From Geosiphon pyriformis uo1 (taxonomy: Eukaryota > Fungi > Glomeromycota), in assembly GCA_016748015.1 (NCBI GenBank), contig JAAOMT010000776.1, positions 62,001-126,000 of the forward strand: 64,000 nucleotides of DNA. Reading direction: 5' to 3'. The position numbers and the translations under genes are program-made. Positions 62,523 through 64,000 of this stretch are shown here, piece after piece. Under the pieces are notes generated by a model, which was given only the letters and a program-made list of their open reading frames with translations, was not told the DNA's origin and did no database searches. Position 1 is the first letter of the stretch; each line of letters opens with the position of its first letter.

Positions 62523-64000
62523 TCACAGAAAATAATGTACTTTTTCCTAATTGAAAAATTGCATCAGAAAAATTTAAAAAATAATAGTAGGATTTCAAAT
62601 GAAACGCACCTTTCTCTCAGTTAATAATTGCTGAGCAGGACCATCTCGGTCATTCTCTGGTGCTGCTTCAAATACATTAAAAAATCGTTCCCCATTAGTG
62701 TTGACTTCTAATATAGAAGCCATATTGCCACAGCGATAACAATAATTTGGCGCAGACCATACTGTGGAAAGCTTATCATCATAAAGGACCTATAAAAGAA
62801 TATTACTAATTTATTATAATGACTGAAATTCTTTTCAAGACTATTCATATGATACCTGATAACCTTCCATACATAATTGGTGAGCTCGAAGGATATGCTC
62901 CATCTGATTAATCTCTAAAAATTTTTTAACAACCTCAGCCCCGAAGGTGTACCCAGCACCTCTAATAGAAGTAAATTATTTAGGAGCTAATTGTTAAATC
63001 GCTTATTAAGTAATTATGAGTAATAATATATCAAGAAAAACCCACCTTGGAGAAATGGCAAACTCGTCTTTATCAGGGTCTGGATCGGACCAAACCAAAT
63101 CTGCCATCGGTCCCTCGTGTGGTATTTCTTTTTGTCATATGTATAGAATTATCTTCTGTTATTTCAAGTTAATAAGAATCATAGAACCGAAAAATTTTTT
63201 CTTCACCTCGAAATCGATCCAATATTTTGATTTGATCAATACTATGTATCGATGGTGAGAGGCCTGGTATGACATAAGGATAAAGTTGAAATGTATGTTT
63301 TTGAATGGCTAATATAATATTCAATATTTACCTCCGTGAACACAGAATATTCGATCGTCAATCACCACAGACAATGTGAGAAAATCAAACATATCTGTAA
63401 AGTAGTGCCAAACACTAGCATTACCGTACTTTCTGATACATTCAGTATAAAACCCGTAAGTCTGCAAAAGTTGAGAATCAGAATCCAAATTTTTATGAGA
63501 AGGCGTGTTAAGAATTCAAATTTGAATGTATCTCAGATAGTGGATTTTGGCTACCTGTGTCACGGCTCTAGATTCATGATTTCCTCGAACAAGTTGAACT
63601 CTCTCTGGATAACGTAACTTCAGGCAAGTTAATAAAGAAATAGTTTCCACACTGAATAATCCTCGATCCACATAATCGCCTGCAGGAAACCGAATAAGGC
63701 GTTTATAAAAATTCGGCTAACGCGTCTTGCATCGTGGATTAAAGATTGAATTTTGGGTCAAAGTTTTATGTACCGAGGAAGAGATAGTTCGTGTATGGAC
63801 TATATCCTCCAATTCGAAAAATCTCAATTAAATCGTAAAACTGCCTAAATAGTGTCATATTCTTGGGTAGCTTCTTATTGGTGAGGGTTGAGCGGGAAAA
63901 AATTGTCCTACCCATGTATGTCACCAACAACAGTTACGGGAGCAGAAATATGAATGACGTTACTTTCTTTCATCAATAATTCTTTAGTCTTTTCACATAT
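62523..64000 (-). CDS. PPG1: PP2A-like Ser/Thr phosphatase catalytic subunit, Ppg1 type (5' end off-window). Exons: 64000-63912, 63844-63774, 63679-63555, 63461-63332, 63263-63207, 63127-63046, 62961-62856, 62789-62610, 62546-62523
   Basis: Spliced translation [35 protein letters not shown]...GDYVDRG...[11 protein letters not shown]...[16 protein letters not shown]...[14 protein letters not shown]...VHYFL*. All introns are GT-AG. Residue pattern fits fungal Ppg1/PP2A-1. Confidence 0.93.

Noticed and set aside
63016-63617. Plus-strand ORFs 63016-63258 and 63336-63617
   Set aside because: Antisense to PPG1 exons and introns, with no recognisable product.
63913-63915. ATG as the PPG1 start codon
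   Set aside because: It is out of frame, within CAT GG of the GDIHG motif. The reading frame continues to the window edge.

Overview
Eukaryotic, very AT-rich fungal DNA. The repeat families and the intron-rich gene suggest Glomeromycotina (AM-fungus/Geosiphon-like); this assignment is inference. About 62.3 kb is a block of decayed retrotransposons, followed by one intact host gene. The block holds five Ty3/Gypsy LTR elements: A (1-6704, minus); D (6923-45851, plus), split by C (8614-21710, minus, non-autonomous) and E (25003-41615, minus); and B (8960-18756, minus), which sits inside an LTR of C. It also holds three full-length RNase H-containing LINEs (34682-41418 inside E's LTR, 46988-53805, 55014-61847). 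Insertion order can be read from target-site duplications. All repeats are riddled with G:C>A:T transitions and almost lack CpG. The PPG1/PP2A-like phosphatase gene (62523-64000, minus, 9 visible exons, 5' end off-window) is intact and keeps its CpGs. Most notable observations: a PR-[Cys-rich domain]-dUTPase-RT pol architecture; a conserved non-Env ORF3 in the env position; a UUUAAAC -1 frameshift in element A; conserved 5' hairpin, 3' pseudoknot-like structure and AUGA stop-start coupling in the LINEs; and repeat-restricted, RIP-like hypermutation. All alignments were done by eye, and domain boundaries inside pseudogenes are approximate.
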